Below the pieces are notes generated by a model, which saw nothing but the letters and a program-made list of their open reading frames with translations, had not been told where the DNA came from and searched no databases. Of a DNA stretch of 64,000 bases, positions 1-10,436 are shown piece by piece. The stretch comes from an uncultured bacterium. GTDB lineage: Bacteria; Desulfobacterota_D; UBA1144; Nemesobacterales; UBA2774. The stretch covers positions 448,001 through 512,000 of the forward strand of contig CAWGRW010000009.1 of NCBI GenBank assembly GCA_963825135.1. The letters are read 5' to 3'. A program made the translations under genes and the position numbers. Position 1 is the first letter of the stretch. Each line of letters begins with the position of its first letter.

Positions 1-428
1 CACAGCTTGTCCTGTATCTCTTCGGACTCCGCTAACATCTCCGGAAGCCTCTCCGGGTCTTTTACCCACTGTGTGCGGATATCCACGTAATCGCGGAAGA
101 GCTTCTTAATATCCGTGCGGTAGGGCTCGACGAGAAAATCGGTACGGAGAAACGCCGTCCCTATCGCGTTCACTTCGTCGAGAAGGAGCTGTTTTCTGGT
201 GTCGAATCGGGAAGCCGTTATACCGAACGTGAAAGCCAGCAGGAAAGCCAGCAGGCCGAGCGTCGCGCCGACGACAGAGCCTATGGGCGCGTCACCCCCG
301 CCGTCGGAATGCTTCCTGTGATAGCTGCCCATCCTGTAGCCGAGGAAAATCGACAGGAGCACGAGGGAAAATATGCCTATCAGCACCCCCCATAGCGGTA
401 TTTGCGGCGTTAGCGTATTTGTTTCCAT
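1..428 (-). CDS. DUF4239/bestrophin-like membrane protein (runs off window edge)
   Basis: Own translation from ATG 428: METNTLTPQIPLWGVLIGIFSLVLLSIFLGYRMG...VVGATLGLLAFLLAFTFGITASRFDTRKQLLLDEVNAIGTAFLR; the LAFTF...RF..R...E.NAI motif is typical of the family. Confidence 0.75.
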   Translation of the reverse strand, partial: METNTLTPQIPLWGVLIGIFSLVLLSIFLGYRMGSYHRKHSDGGGDAPIGSVVGATLGLLAFLLAFTFGITASRFDTRKQLLLDEVNAIGTAFLRTDFLVEPYRTDIKKLFRDYVDIRTQWVKDPERLPEMLAESEEIQDKL

Positions 429-504
429 TCAATGACCTCTTCAGGGCGGGATGCTAGTCCCCCCGGAGCCCGTATGTGTTGTAATCCCGTACTCCGTACG
501 GGTC

Positions 505-1506
505 TCAGGGGTTCAATATCACCTTTCCGAATTGGCTCCTGTCCTCGAGCATCTTCTGGGCCTGTGCGGCCTCTGACAGAGGGAACCTCCTGTCTATCAC
601 GGGCGAGAGCCTTCCGAGCGAAACGAGGTTGATAACGTTTATGAGGTTACTCCTCGGGGCGTTGAATACCGTGACGCCGAGAACCGAAAGGTCCTTTACG
701 ATGACGGGGCCGAAATTGAACGTGGTCTGCCCGCCGCCGACTACCCCTACCAGAAGGAGACGGCCCTTCATCTTGAGCGACTTGAGGTTATTCTCCCAGA
801 CGGAGGCGCCTATCTGGTCGAATATAAGATCGACGCCCTTATTTTCCGTTATCTTCTTCACCTCTTCCGAGAAGTCGGTCGTGTTGTAGTTTATCGTGGC
901 GTCCGCGCCCAGCTTGCGGACCTTCTCTAATTTCTCGTCGCTCCCGGCCGTCGCGATGACGAAAGCCCCTCCTTCCTTTGCAATCTGAACGGCGGCGCTG
1001 CCCGTCCCGCTCCCGGCCGCATGGATGAGCACCGTTTCTCCGCTCTGCATACAACCCCTTTCGAAGAGCCCGTACCACGCGGTCACATAGCATATCGGCA
1101 GGGTGGAGGCGTCGTCATAAGACACCTCATCGGGTATCGGGACCGCGTTCGCCGCGGGGACTTTCACGTATTCGGCAAATCCTCCGTAGAAATTGACTCC
1201 GATGACCATGGGCCCTTTCGGGGTCTTGACGGTCGGGTCTATGACCACGCGCGTGCCGGGCGCGATGTCCTTTACGTTCCTGCCCGTTTTCTCCACGTCC
1301 CCCGCGACATCGACGCCGCCTATGTGCGGGAGGTCGACCGGACGCGGCGATTTCCCCGATCTCAGCCTCAGGTCCAGATGGTTCAGGGAAGCGGCCCTTA
1401 CGCGGACAAGCACCTCGTCGTCCCCGAGCTCAGGCTCGGGCACGTCTTCGTATTTAAGAACATCGACTTCTCCGAATTCGTGATAACGGATCGCTTTCAT
1501 AAACAC
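505..1506 (-). CDS. NADPH:quinone oxidoreductase (MDR/zeta-crystallin family)
   Basis: MKAIRYHEFG start, NHLD in place of catalytic Zn-Cys, AAGSGTG nucleotide motif, C-terminal GKVIL. Confidence 0.85.
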   Translation of the reverse strand: MFMKAIRYHEFGEVDVLKYEDVPEPELGDDEVLVRVRAASLNHLDLRLRSGKSPRPVDLPHIGGVDVAGDVEKTGRNVKDIAPGTRVVIDPTVKTPKGPMVIGVNFYGGFAEYVKVPAANAVPIPDEVSYDDASTLPICYVTAWYGLFERGCMQSGETVLIHAAGSGTGSAAVQIAKEGGAFVIATAGSDEKLEKVRKLGADATINYNTTDFSEEVKKITENKGVDLIFDQIGASVWENNLKSLKMKGRLLLVGVVGGGQTTFNFGPVIVKDLSVLGVTVFNAPRSNLINVINLVSLGRLSPVIDRRFPLSEAAQAQKMLEDRSQFGKVILNP

Positions 1507-1684
1507 ACTCCTTGTGTTCCACTATTTAATTTCTCAACCGTTTCATTTTACTACATGCGCAGAAGAATTGTAGCACAATATCACGGACGGGGTATCGGAC
1601 CCCGGTTGAACATACCGGCTTATTGAGGTAGCCTTTTAAGTACGGGTACGCCCGGGCGGCGGTAAAGGGTCACATCAGAAAATT

Positions 1685-1957
1685 ATGTTCGGAATAGGCA
1701 CGAGTGAAATATTGATAATACTGGTCATAGCGCTTCTGGTGCTCGGGCCTAACGAGATCCCCAAGATCGCAAAGACGCTCGGCAGGGGGATGCGGGAGCT
1801 GGAGAGGGCCAAGAACGAGCTCAAGGATTCTATCAATTTCGAGATGGAAGAGAGCGAAGCCCGCGAGAAGAAGACCCCCGAAAAAAACGAAACCCCTGAA
1901 GGCGAAGAAAACAAGGAAAGTACGGTCGAGAACCCCACCAGCAATTCGCACGTCTGA
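1685..1957 (+). CDS. tatB: Twin-arginine translocase TatA/TatB family subunit
   Basis: MFGIGTSEILIILVIALLVLGPNEIPKIAKTLG: TM helix, GP hinge, amphipathic helix, charged tail. Confidence 0.8.
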   Translation: MFGIGTSEILIILVIALLVLGPNEIPKIAKTLGRGMRELERAKNELKDSINFEMEESEAREKKTPEKNETPEGEENKESTVENPTSNSHV

Positions 1958-3817
1958 TCAGAACGCCTGTCCGATGCTGATAAAGAACTGTACCCTCCTT
2001 ATACCCGGCTCCGGATTGAGCGCGTACCCCACATCGAACCTCACGGGCCCGATTATTGTATCGTACCTGAGCCCCACACCGGGGGCGTACTTGATGTCTC
2101 CGAGCGGAAAGCTCCATTCGCTGGCGTAGACGTTTCCGTAATCGAAGAAGACCACTCCCCCGAACTCTCCGTAGATCGGATACCTCACCTCGAAACTGCC
2201 CACGAGGAGAGAATTGCCTCCGAGCGGGTCGCCCCCGTCGCTCAGCGGACCCAGCTTCTGGAAGGGGAAACCCCTCATGCTCGTGCTGCCGCCCGCGAAG
2301 AACCTCTTGAAGATAGGGATATCGAACGTGCCCGTGGAACCGAAAGGCTGTATGACGCCCATTGTGATCCTTTTTGCCAGGACCATCCTGTATAATTTTT
2401 TATATCCCCTCAATTCGACCGTGCCTTTAAAATAATTCACGTCGGAAAGGAGCGCTCTGAAGGACGATTCGAGACCCGTGGAGACGACGAACCCCCGCGT
2501 GGGGTTGAGTATGTTGTCCGTGTTATCGTATTCGAGTCCGGAGTTAAAGAAGGTTAGGAAGAAATTTTCCCTGCTCTTCTCTTCAGGGGTCCGCCTTGCG
2601 CTCTTCTGGACTCTCGAGAACTGTACATTCGTTGAGCCGAACGAGGAATAGTGCTGCGCGAAATCCTTTTGAAGCTCGGCGGTCGCCAGGAAGCTCTCGC
2701 CCTCGAAGCTCGGGACGTCGTCCCTCTGGAAATTGAGCGAGCCCGTGAGACTCGAGTCCCTGCCTACTATATACGGCTGTATGACGCTCGTCTCAAGACG
2801 CTGAGTAATAAAAGAGGCTTTTCCCGCGACTTCGAGCCTCCGTCCGCCGCCGAAGAAATTCCTCTTTGTCCAGATCACCTGCCCCCTCAGCTTGTCCTCG
2901 GTGCCGAAACCGACTCCGAACTTCACCGAGCCCTGTTTCCTCTCTTTAACGACTATTCTCATGTCGGCGATTTTCTTCTCCTCGTTATAAACGGGATCTA
3001 TCACGACCGACCTGAACAGCCCCAGCTGAAAAATATTGGCCTGGGTTTCGTTAATCTTTGTCAGCGAGAACTCTTCGCCCGGCTTGAAAAGCGCTTCCCG
3101 CGAAATAATATAACTCTCGACTTTCTCGTTGCCTTCCACAATGACGGTCCCGAACTTGTAAATCGGGCCCGGTTTGACTACGAAGGTGGCCTTCGCCCAC
3201 TTTTCCTTCCTGTTGACGAGCGCTTCGCCCTGTATATCTGCCTTCGGGTAACCCTTGTCCGAGAGAATCTCCGAGATTGCGCCCTTTGTCTGCTGGTAGC
3301 CGTTCGGCGAGAAATTTTTATCCACTTTAAGCGGCACCGCTTTCTCTATCTTCTTTTTGATTTCATCGCTCAGGTCCCCTTCATACTCAACGCTAAGCTC
3401 CGTAAGGATTACCGGGTCCCCTTCCTTGATCGTTATCGTTATCTCAACCCTCGTATCGTCTTTATTGTATTTAAGCTCGTATGAGGCCTGGGCGTCGTAA
3501 TAGCCTTCGTTCGAATAGAGCCTCTTTATCCTGACCATGTCGTCCTTGAGGACTTCCTCGTTAAACTCAGGTTTCTTCACCCAGAATTTGATAGAAGGAG
3601 CGCCCGTCCCTATGTTCTGCTCTATCTCCTGCTTCGTGAGGACTTTCGCCCCCTTGATTCTCAATTTGGAAATGCGGATCGCCGGCTCCGCGGCTTCTTC
3701 CTTTTCCGCGCTTCCGGCATCCTTCTCTTTTTCCTGTGAAAACGAAATAACGGGGGCGTGCATGAATGAAAAACAGAAAAGCAGGAATGAAAAAGATATA
3801 AATATATATTTTTTCAT
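1958..3817 (-). CDS. Omp85 family outer-membrane protein (TamA/BamA-like, about 3 POTRA domains)
   Basis: Signal peptide, POTRA-like repeats (GYYDA, GYPKA), FFAGGSTSMRGF lid motif, C-terminal FFISIGQAF. Confidence 0.9.
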   Translation of the reverse strand: MKKYIFISFSFLLFCFSFMHAPVISFSQEKEKDAGSAEKEEAAEPAIRISKLRIKGAKVLTKQEIEQNIGTGAPSIKFWVKKPEFNEEVLKDDMVRIKRLYSNEGYYDAQASYELKYNKDDTRVEITITIKEGDPVILTELSVEYEGDLSDEIKKKIEKAVPLKVDKNFSPNGYQQTKGAISEILSDKGYPKADIQGEALVNRKEKWAKATFVVKPGPIYKFGTVIVEGNEKVESYIISREALFKPGEEFSLTKINETQANIFQLGLFRSVVIDPVYNEEKKIADMRIVVKERKQGSVKFGVGFGTEDKLRGQVIWTKRNFFGGGRRLEVAGKASFITQRLETSVIQPYIVGRDSSLTGSLNFQRDDVPSFEGESFLATAELQKDFAQHYSSFGSTNVQFSRVQKSARRTPEEKSRENFFLTFFNSGLEYDNTDNILNPTRGFVVSTGLESSFRALLSDVNYFKGTVELRGYKKLYRMVLAKRITMGVIQPFGSTGTFDIPIFKRFFAGGSTSMRGFPFQKLGPLSDGGDPLGGNSLLVGSFEVRYPIYGEFGGVVFFDYGNVYASEWSFPLGDIKYAPGVGLRYDTIIGPVRFDVGYALNPEPGIRRVQFFISIGQAF

Positions 3818-3969
3818 TTAGAGGACATGTGTAACTCTTCTCGTCGAAGTCGAAAGAAATCCAAGTTTCTATTATGCCGAGCTTCGATTATTATGCAAGA
3901 GAATACCACAAATTGCAGCCGTATATATCTAAGTTCCGGAGGCCGCGGGGATATTAATCGATACCGGTG

Positions 3970-3999
3970 TTGACAACGAAGCGGAAAAGTTATTATAAT
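3970..3999 (+). promoter_or_regulatory. sigma70-type promoter of the oxidase/bc operon
   Basis: TTGACA (3970-3975), 18-nt spacer, TATAAT (3994-3999) upstream of coxB. Confidence 0.6.
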
Positions 4000-4053
4000 A
4001 ATTGAGGGTTAGTTTTATCAACTGATTTTTCTTCTTCGCGCCTGCAAACGACA

Positions 4054-4998
4054 ATGGAAAACCTTGGCGGCCTCTTTAATCCCAGCTCACCCGAAATGGA
4101 GGCAATGGCCAGCCTGACCTACTATACCGTTGCCATCACGGCCGTGATACTCGCCATTATAGTATTTGCGGTCGTATACATAACGATCAGATACAGAAAG
4201 AAGACGGGCGACGACGAAGAGCCTTACCAGGATTTCGGCAACCTCAAGCTCGAGATAGTCTGGACCGTCATACCGGTTGCGATCGTCGCCGCACTTTTCC
4301 TCCTCACATGCAGCACGATGAGGGCCGTGGATCCCCCGCCCGGGGACAAGGAGCCCGACCTCGTGGTCATAGGACATCAATGGTGGTGGGAGATTCGCTA
4401 CCCTGCGACAGGGGTAATAACCGCGAATGAGCTGCACATACCGGCAGGGGAGAAGATGCTCGCCCGCCTCGAATCGATAGACGTCGTACACGACTTCTGG
4501 GTGCCGGAGCTGGGAAGAAAAATAGACCTCGTGCCCGGACACCCCAATTATATGTGGATAGTGGCCGGTGAGCCGGGCGTATATATCGGCGCATGCGCGG
4601 AGTTCTGCGGTGATCAGCATGCCAACATGCGCATAAGAGTCGTCGCACAGACATCCGAAGAATTCAAAAAATGGCAGGAAGAGCAGCAGGCAGTGCCGCG
4701 CACGCCGACACACGGCATAGCGCGGGAAGGAGCGGCCCTCTTTCAATCGATGGCCTGCATGAACTGTCACACGATACGCGGAACGGCCGCCGCCGCAAGG
4801 ATCGGGCCCGACCTGACGTATCTCGCCGACCGCGATACCATAGGCGCGGGGGTGCTGACGAATACGCCCGAGAATCTCGTGAAATGGCTCTCCAATCCTC
4901 AGAAATATAAACAGGGGTCGCTAATGCCCAACATGAAGCTCACAGATACCGAAGTTAAATCGATTGTCGCATATCTGGAGGCGCTCGATGAGCAGTAG
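4054..4998 (+). CDS. coxB: Cytochrome c oxidase subunit II with fused cytochrome c (caa3 type)
   Basis: GHQWWW, DVVHDFW, CuA motif CAEFCGDQHANM, C-terminal CMNCH heme c. Confidence 0.95.
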   Translation: MENLGGLFNPSSPEMEAMASLTYYTVAITAVILAIIVFAVVYITIRYRKKTGDDEEPYQDFGNLKLEIVWTVIPVAIVAALFLLTCSTMRAVDPPPGDKEPDLVVIGHQWWWEIRYPATGVITANELHIPAGEKMLARLESIDVVHDFWVPELGRKIDLVPGHPNYMWIVAGEPGVYIGACAEFCGDQHANMRIRVVAQTSEEFKKWQEEQQAVPRTPTHGIAREGAALFQSMACMNCHTIRGTAAAARIGPDLTYLADRDTIGAGVLTNTPENLVKWLSNPQKYKQGSLMPNMKLTDTEVKSIVAYLEALDEQ

Positions 4999-6658
4999 AA
5001 TCCCTCTCGTTCCGGAAAACGTCACGCCCCTGCCCTCACTCAAGGAAAACAACGGACTCCTCAGCTGGGTCGCCTCGATAGACCACAAGCAGATAGGGTT
5101 AATGTATCTGATCATCACGCTCGTCTATTTCCTCCTGGGGGGGCTCGAAGCGCTCCTCATACGCATACAGCTGGCTCAGCCGGGAAGCCACTTCCTCACG
5201 CCCGAGCAGTATAACCAGCTCTTTACCATGCACGGCACTACCATGATATTTTTCGTCGTGATGCCTTTTCTCATCGGCGTCGGCGTGTACCTGCTGCCGC
5301 TCATGCTGGGGGCGCGCGACATGGCTTTTCCGCGGCTTAACGCTCTGAGTTTCTGGCTCTTTTTCTTCGGCGGAATACTCCTTTATTACAGCTTCTTCAC
5401 CCAGAGCGGCGCTTCCGACGTCGGCTGGTTCGCATACTCGCCGCTTAGTGAAAAGCCGTTCTCCCTGAACAAGGGCCCGACCTACTGGGCGCTCGGACTC
5501 CTCGCTTCGGGCATAGGCTCGGTGGCCTCGGGGCTCAACAACGTCGTCACCATTCTGACGATGAGAACACCGGGGATGACGATGCGCAGAATCCCGCTCT
5601 TCGTGTGGATGATGCTCGTCACGTCGCTGCTGCTCGTTTTCGTAATACCCATAATCACGGCCGCGTTCGCCATGATGCTCCTCGACAGCCTGCTGGGCGC
5701 GACGTTCTTCACGCCGGCCCACGGGGGCTCGGCCATTCTGTGGCAGCACTTCTTTTGGGGGTTCGGCCACCCGGAGGTCTACATACTGATACTCCCCGCT
5801 TTCGGAATAATCTCAGAGGTGATACCGGTGTTCTCCAGGAAACCCATTTACGGCTACGAGTTCGTGGCAGCGTCCACCGTCGCGATAGGGCTTCTGAGCC
5901 TGGGCGTATGGGCGCACCACATGTTCGCGGTCGGGCTCGGTAACGTCACGAACGCGTATTTCTCCCTCGCGAGCATGCTCATAGCGATCCCCACGGGGGT
6001 CAAGGTGCTCAACTGGGTCGCCACGATGTGGGGGGGGAAGATAAATTTCGCGACCCCGATGCTCTTCGGTACGGCCTTCATCATAGAGTTCGTAATCGGC
6101 GGTCTTACCGGAGTGGCCATAGCCTCGGTCCCCATAGACTGGGTCGTAACGGACAGCTACTTCATCGTGGCTCACTTCCATTACGCCATCTTCGGCGGCT
6201 CGGTATTCGCGATATTCGCCGGCGTGTACTACTGGTTCCCGAAGTTCACGGGGCGGATGCTCTCGGAGACCCTCGGCAAATGGCACTTCTGGCTCACCGT
6301 CATCGGATTCAACATGACGTTTTTCATACAGCATTTCCTGGGCGTAATGGGGATGCCGAGGCGCACGTATACGTATTACGACATGCCCTACTGGGGGTCG
6401 ATGAACCTCATATCGACCATAGGCGCGATGATACTGGGGCTGTCGGTCATAATTTTCGTCTGGAATATTCTGGTCAGCCTGAGGAGCGGCAAGCCCGCGG
6501 GCGACAATCCCTGGAACGCCTGGACGCTCGAATGGGCGACCACGTCGCCGCCCGCGGTCGAGAATTTCGAGCTTGTTCCGCCCGTAAGGGGCAGGCGTCC
6601 GCTCTGGGACCTGGCGCACCCCGAGATGCCGGACGAACCGGACGCGAAAATTGTTTAG
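4988..6658 (+). CDS. coxA: Cytochrome c oxidase subunit I (A1 type)
   Basis: TMHGTTM, ARDMAFPRLN (D-channel Asp), GHPEVY, WAHHM, VAHFHY; ATG 4988 overlaps the coxB stop. Confidence 0.97.
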   Translation: MSSRIPLVPENVTPLPSLKENNGLLSWVASIDHKQIGLMYLIITLVYFLLGGLEALLIRIQLAQPGSHFLTPEQYNQLFTMHGTTMIFFVVMPFLIGVGVYLLPLMLGARDMAFPRLNALSFWLFFFGGILLYYSFFTQSGASDVGWFAYSPLSEKPFSLNKGPTYWALGLLASGIGSVASGLNNVVTILTMRTPGMTMRRIPLFVWMMLVTSLLLVFVIPIITAAFAMMLLDSLLGATFFTPAHGGSAILWQHFFWGFGHPEVYILILPAFGIISEVIPVFSRKPIYGYEFVAASTVAIGLLSLGVWAHHMFAVGLGNVTNAYFSLASMLIAIPTGVKVLNWVATMWGGKINFATPMLFGTAFIIEFVIGGLTGVAIASVPIDWVVTDSYFIVAHFHYAIFGGSVFAIFAGVYYWFPKFTGRMLSETLGKWHFWLTVIGFNMTFFIQHFLGVMGMPRRTYTYYDMPYWGSMNLISTIGAMILGLSVIIFVWNILVSLRSGKPAGDNPWNAWTLEWATTSPPAVENFELVPPVRGRRPLWDLAHPEMPDEPDAKIV

Positions 6659-6669
6659 GAGAATTATGT

Positions 6670-7221
6670 ATGGCGAATAACAGAATGCTTGTCGGTTTCT
6701 TCATAGCCTCGGAGTCAATCTTCTTTCTGATGCTTATACTCGCGTACGTAAATTTCCACGGCTCGGTAACGGACGGGCCCACAGCGGTAAACAGCCTGAA
6801 CCCCGTGACTACGGGGATATTCAGCCTGTTCCTCTTCGCGAGCAGCTTCACCGTATGGCTCGCGGGCAGGAGCCTGAGGAACAAAAACCACCTCATGCTC
6901 AAGGTCTGGATTCTGGCGACGATCATTCTGGGCGCGGTCTTTATTTTCGGACAGGGCCTAGAATGGAAGGGGCTCATAGACAAGAATATAACGATCAGCC
7001 GGAACGTATTCGGCACGACGTTCTTCACTCTTACCGGGTTTCACGGCTTTCACGTATGCGTCGGCCTCATAATGCTGACGCTGCTCCTGGGTCTCTCGCT
7101 GGCGGGGGATTTCAAGGGACCCAAGTCAGACGCCGTCGAATGCATTTCACTCTACTGGCACTTCGTAGACGGGGTGTGGGTGGTGGTCTTTTCGGTGATA
7201 TACCTTTGGGCGTTTTTATGA
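6670..7221 (+). CDS. coxC: Cytochrome c oxidase subunit III (short form)
   Basis: MANNRMLVGFFIASE..., LTGFHGFHV, LYWHFVD; start at 6670 after a GGAG RBS. Confidence 0.92.
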   Translation: MANNRMLVGFFIASESIFFLMLILAYVNFHGSVTDGPTAVNSLNPVTTGIFSLFLFASSFTVWLAGRSLRNKNHLMLKVWILATIILGAVFIFGQGLEWKGLIDKNITISRNVFGTTFFTLTGFHGFHVCVGLIMLTLLLGLSLAGDFKGPKSDAVECISLYWHFVDGVWVVVFSVIYLWAFL

Positions 7222-7255
7222 ACGGGATTTTATCGAATATTTCGGAGAGGCGAGT

Positions 7256-8104
7256 ATGAACATACTACATTTTCTCGGCACGGCATGGTCGTTTGAGCCC
7301 TGGGTCGCCGCGTTCGCCCTGGCTCTTTTCGCGTCCTATGCGGCCCTCCCCGGGTCCCGCCCGGACGGGAAGGCCGCGCTCTTCGCGGCAGGAGTAATCC
7401 TTATGGTACTGGCGCTCGTGTCCCCGCTAGATTATCTCGGGCGAAATTATCTGTTCAGCGCACACATGGTCGAGCATATACTCCTCCTCCTCGTGATACC
7501 GCTCATGCTCCTTTCGGGAATCCCGGTATCGGCCGCGGAGAAGGCGTCACGCGCGCCTGTCGCGGGCGGTGTAATTAAATTCCTCGGGAACCCGGTCCCG
7601 GCGTGGCTCCTCGGCGTGGGCGCGATGTGGGTCTGGCACATGCCGTCCCTCCACCAAACCGTCATGGAGAACGAGAGTCTCTACATAGCCCAGCAGGTAA
7701 GCTTCGTCTTTACGGGATTGATATTCTGGTGGCCCGTGTTCTCGCCCGACAAGAGCGCGAGGCTCTCGCCGCTCGCCTCCACTCTCTACCTGGCCTCAGC
7801 GTGCCTCGGCTGCACCATACTCGGCATGCTCATCACGTTCGCCGGAGCGGGACTCTACCCCGCGTACGCGAATCCTGCCGATTCGGCGGGGATTCTGTCT
7901 TATCTGAGAAACGATCTATGCATCACCCCGGGGGTGGACCAGCAGATAGGCGGCCTCACTATGTGGGTCCCGGGATGCCTCATATACCTGGCCGCGAGCT
8001 TGGTTACCATAGCCAGGTGGTACTCATCCCCGGAGACTGAGACCGCAGCTCCGACGGGGACTCGAGGCGTCATGACGAGCGCCGGATCTTACAAGAGGAA
8101 TTAG
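7256..8104 (+). CDS. ctaG: caa3-type oxidase assembly factor (CtaG family)
   Basis: FSAHMVEHILL, WVWHMP, DQQIGGLTMWVPG motifs; operon context. Confidence 0.85.
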   Translation: MNILHFLGTAWSFEPWVAAFALALFASYAALPGSRPDGKAALFAAGVILMVLALVSPLDYLGRNYLFSAHMVEHILLLLVIPLMLLSGIPVSAAEKASRAPVAGGVIKFLGNPVPAWLLGVGAMWVWHMPSLHQTVMENESLYIAQQVSFVFTGLIFWWPVFSPDKSARLSPLASTLYLASACLGCTILGMLITFAGAGLYPAYANPADSAGILSYLRNDLCITPGVDQQIGGLTMWVPGCLIYLAASLVTIARWYSSPETETAAPTGTRGVMTSAGSYKRN

Positions 8105-8148
8105 CATATGAAAACGAAACCATACTATAGAAACGTAACGGAGACCGT

Positions 8149-8499
8149 ATGAGCACAGGAAGCGAGTTTCGGGCGCCGGGATCAGCAACACCCGCAGCCG
8201 GCATTCAGACGTCCGCCCCGGGGGCCTTCGATTTCCAGGCGATGGAGGCGGAGGCCTTGAAAGCGGGCATCCCTCCGGGCTGGCACAAACCCCTTCCGGA
8301 AAGGCTGCCTTCGCCGGGCTACTGGCCGGCGATAATGGCGCTCGGGATAACCTTCATGCTATGGGGGCTCGCCGTCGGGTTCAACCAGGTCGTCAGCACT
8401 ATAATAATAATTTTCTTTATCGGGCTCGTGCTATTCGTAACGGCGCTTGCAGGATGGATAGGAGACCTTAGAAATGAGCGAAAAGACTGGAACGGGTGA
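8149..8499 (+). CDS. Small 2-TM protein, probable oxidase subunit IV (CtaF-like)
   Basis: LPSPGYWPAIMALG...GWIGD; lies between ctaG and the Rieske gene. Confidence 0.55.
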   Translation: MSTGSEFRAPGSATPAAGIQTSAPGAFDFQAMEAEALKAGIPPGWHKPLPERLPSPGYWPAIMALGITFMLWGLAVGFNQVVSTIIIIFFIGLVLFVTALAGWIGDLRNERKDWNG

Positions 8500-8983
8500 G
8501 TGCAGCAGAAGGCAGTTCTTCATGCACGTGAGTATCGCTTTGGGCAGCATTGCCGCGGTACTCGTGGGAATCCCGATCGTGGGCTCGATACTCGGCCCCA
8601 TAATAAAAAAGCCCAAGCCCGAGTGGAGGGCCGTGGGGGCGCTCGACAGCTTCAAGGTCGGGGGAGGCTACGTGAAAGTCGACTACGTGAACACTTCTCC
8701 GCTGCCGTGGGCGGGCGTGACCGCGCAGTCGGCTGCCTGGCTCAGGAGGGAGAGCGAGGATAAATTCACCGCGTTCTCAGTGAACTGCGCGCATCTGGGC
8801 TGCCCGGTAAGGTGGATAGACGGAGCGAAGCTCTTTATGTGCCCGTGTCACGGCGGGGTTTATTACGAAGACGGGTCCGTCGCTGCGGGTCCGCCGCCGA
8901 GGGGCCTGTACCAGTACCCGGTAAGGGTCAATGACGGTCAGGTGGAAATAATGGCAAGCCCCATCCCGATCACGACCGCATGA
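8474..8983 (+). CDS. qcrA: Rieske 2Fe-2S subunit of a bc complex
   Basis: Tat-type SRRQFF, TM helix, CAHLGC and CPCHGG boxes, GPPPRGL. Confidence 0.93.
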   Translation: MSEKTGTGECSRRQFFMHVSIALGSIAAVLVGIPIVGSILGPIIKKPKPEWRAVGALDSFKVGGGYVKVDYVNTSPLPWAGVTAQSAAWLRRESEDKFTAFSVNCAHLGCPVRWIDGAKLFMCPCHGGVYYEDGSVAAGPPPRGLYQYPVRVNDGQVEIMASPIPITTA

Positions 8984-9032
8984 ATCTTGAAAAAATGGAG
9001 AGGACGATAAACCTGATTACGGGATACCGCAG

Positions 9033-10433
9033 ATGAATTTCCTTAAACGAATATGGCTCTGGTTTGACGACCGCACGGGCCTGGCCGGCGCGATAGGACC
9101 CATAGCCAAACATGCGGTCCCGCCTAACACCGCCACGTGGTTCTATGTCTTCGGAAGCGCCACGCTCTTTACGTTCATGCTCCAGGTCGCAACAGGGGTA
9201 ACGCTCGCGTTCATATACGTCCCATCGTCGGGCGAGGCCTACCAGAGCCTCCAGTACATCACCACGCAGACCACTTTCGGAAGGATAGTAAGGGGCATGC
9301 ACAACTGGGGCGCATCGGCGATGATACTGCTCGTGGGCATACACATGATACAGGTCTACCTGACGGCCGCATACAAGTTCCCGAGGGAGATGAACTGGAT
9401 TTCAGGCGTAGTGCTCCTCGCGTTAACCGTGGTAATGGGGTTCACGGGGCAGGTCGTGAGGTGGGACCAGACGGCCGTATGGTCGACCATAGTGGCCGCG
9501 GAGCAGGCCGGGCGCGTCCCGCTCATAGGGGGCTGGGTCGCTGACTTCGTCCTGGGGGGAGACACGGTGGGCGGCACGACTTTGAGCCGTATGTTCGCCT
9601 ACCACGTATTCCTTATCCCGGCGCTCCTCTTCGTCTTTATAGGGTTTCACCTCTACCTCGTCATCAAGAACGGAATCTCGGAGTTCCCGAAAGCGGGCGA
9701 TCCGGTCGACCCGGCGACATACAGGGAGAAATACGAAAAGATGGTGAAGAGCAGGGGCATACCTTTCTGGCCCGACGCGGCATGGAAGGACATGGTCTTC
9801 GGCTTCATAGTGATATGCACCATACTCGTGATAGCAATCGTAATAGGTCCGCCGGAGCTGGGTCCGCCCCCGAACCCGTCCGACATCCACGCGCTCCCCG
9901 TGCCCGACTGGTATTTCGTATTTTATTTCGCATTCCTGGCGCTCATGCCGCCCCAGATCGAAACGTACCTCATGGTGTTCGGCCCTCTCATGGTGGGACT
10001 CCTTCTCTTCTGCCTCCCGTTCATCTCGAACAGGGGGGAAAGGAGCCCGCTTCGCCGCCCGTGGGCGGTCGCGATAGTGGCGCTCACCATAGCGACCATA
10101 TCCGGGCTCTGGGCCATAGGCATTACGTCCCCGTGGTCACCCAACTTCGACGCGAAGCCCCTTACTGCCGAGATAATCGGCGCCGGCAGCGGCCCCTTGT
10201 GGCGGGGAGGGGTGAACTTTAACGACAAAGGCTGCCTCTACTGTCACACCGTATCGGGGCACGGGGGGCAGAGGGGACCCGACCTCACGTATGTGGGCGA
10301 CAGGTTAAACTCAAACGAGCTCACGTGGAGGATTATGAACGGCGGGCTCAATATGCCGGGATTCGGCGGTACCCTGAGCAATCAGGAACTGAGCGACCTG
10401 GTCGCGTTCCTGAGCTCGAGAAAGAAGAATTGA
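9033..10433 (+). CDS. qcrB: Cytochrome b + subunit IV + C-terminal cytochrome c fusion
   Basis: RGMHNWGAS, GIHMIQV, YKFPREMNWISG, YHVFLIP/FHL heme b ligands, PDWY, C-terminal CLYCH...MP. Confidence 0.93.
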   Translation: MNFLKRIWLWFDDRTGLAGAIGPIAKHAVPPNTATWFYVFGSATLFTFMLQVATGVTLAFIYVPSSGEAYQSLQYITTQTTFGRIVRGMHNWGASAMILLVGIHMIQVYLTAAYKFPREMNWISGVVLLALTVVMGFTGQVVRWDQTAVWSTIVAAEQAGRVPLIGGWVADFVLGGDTVGGTTLSRMFAYHVFLIPALLFVFIGFHLYLVIKNGISEFPKAGDPVDPATYREKYEKMVKSRGIPFWPDAAWKDMVFGFIVICTILVIAIVIGPPELGPPPNPSDIHALPVPDWYFVFYFAFLALMPPQIETYLMVFGPLMVGLLLFCLPFISNRGERSPLRRPWAVAIVALTIATISGLWAIGITSPWSPNFDAKPLTAEIIGAGSGPLWRGGVNFNDKGCLYCHTVSGHGGQRGPDLTYVGDRLNSNELTWRIMNGGLNMPGFGGTLSNQELSDLVAFLSSRKKN

Positions 10434-10436
10434 CCA

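Noticed and set aside
6028..6669. Long N-terminal extension of the coxC ORF
   Set aside because: Overlaps coxA out of frame; the real start is 6670 with an RBS
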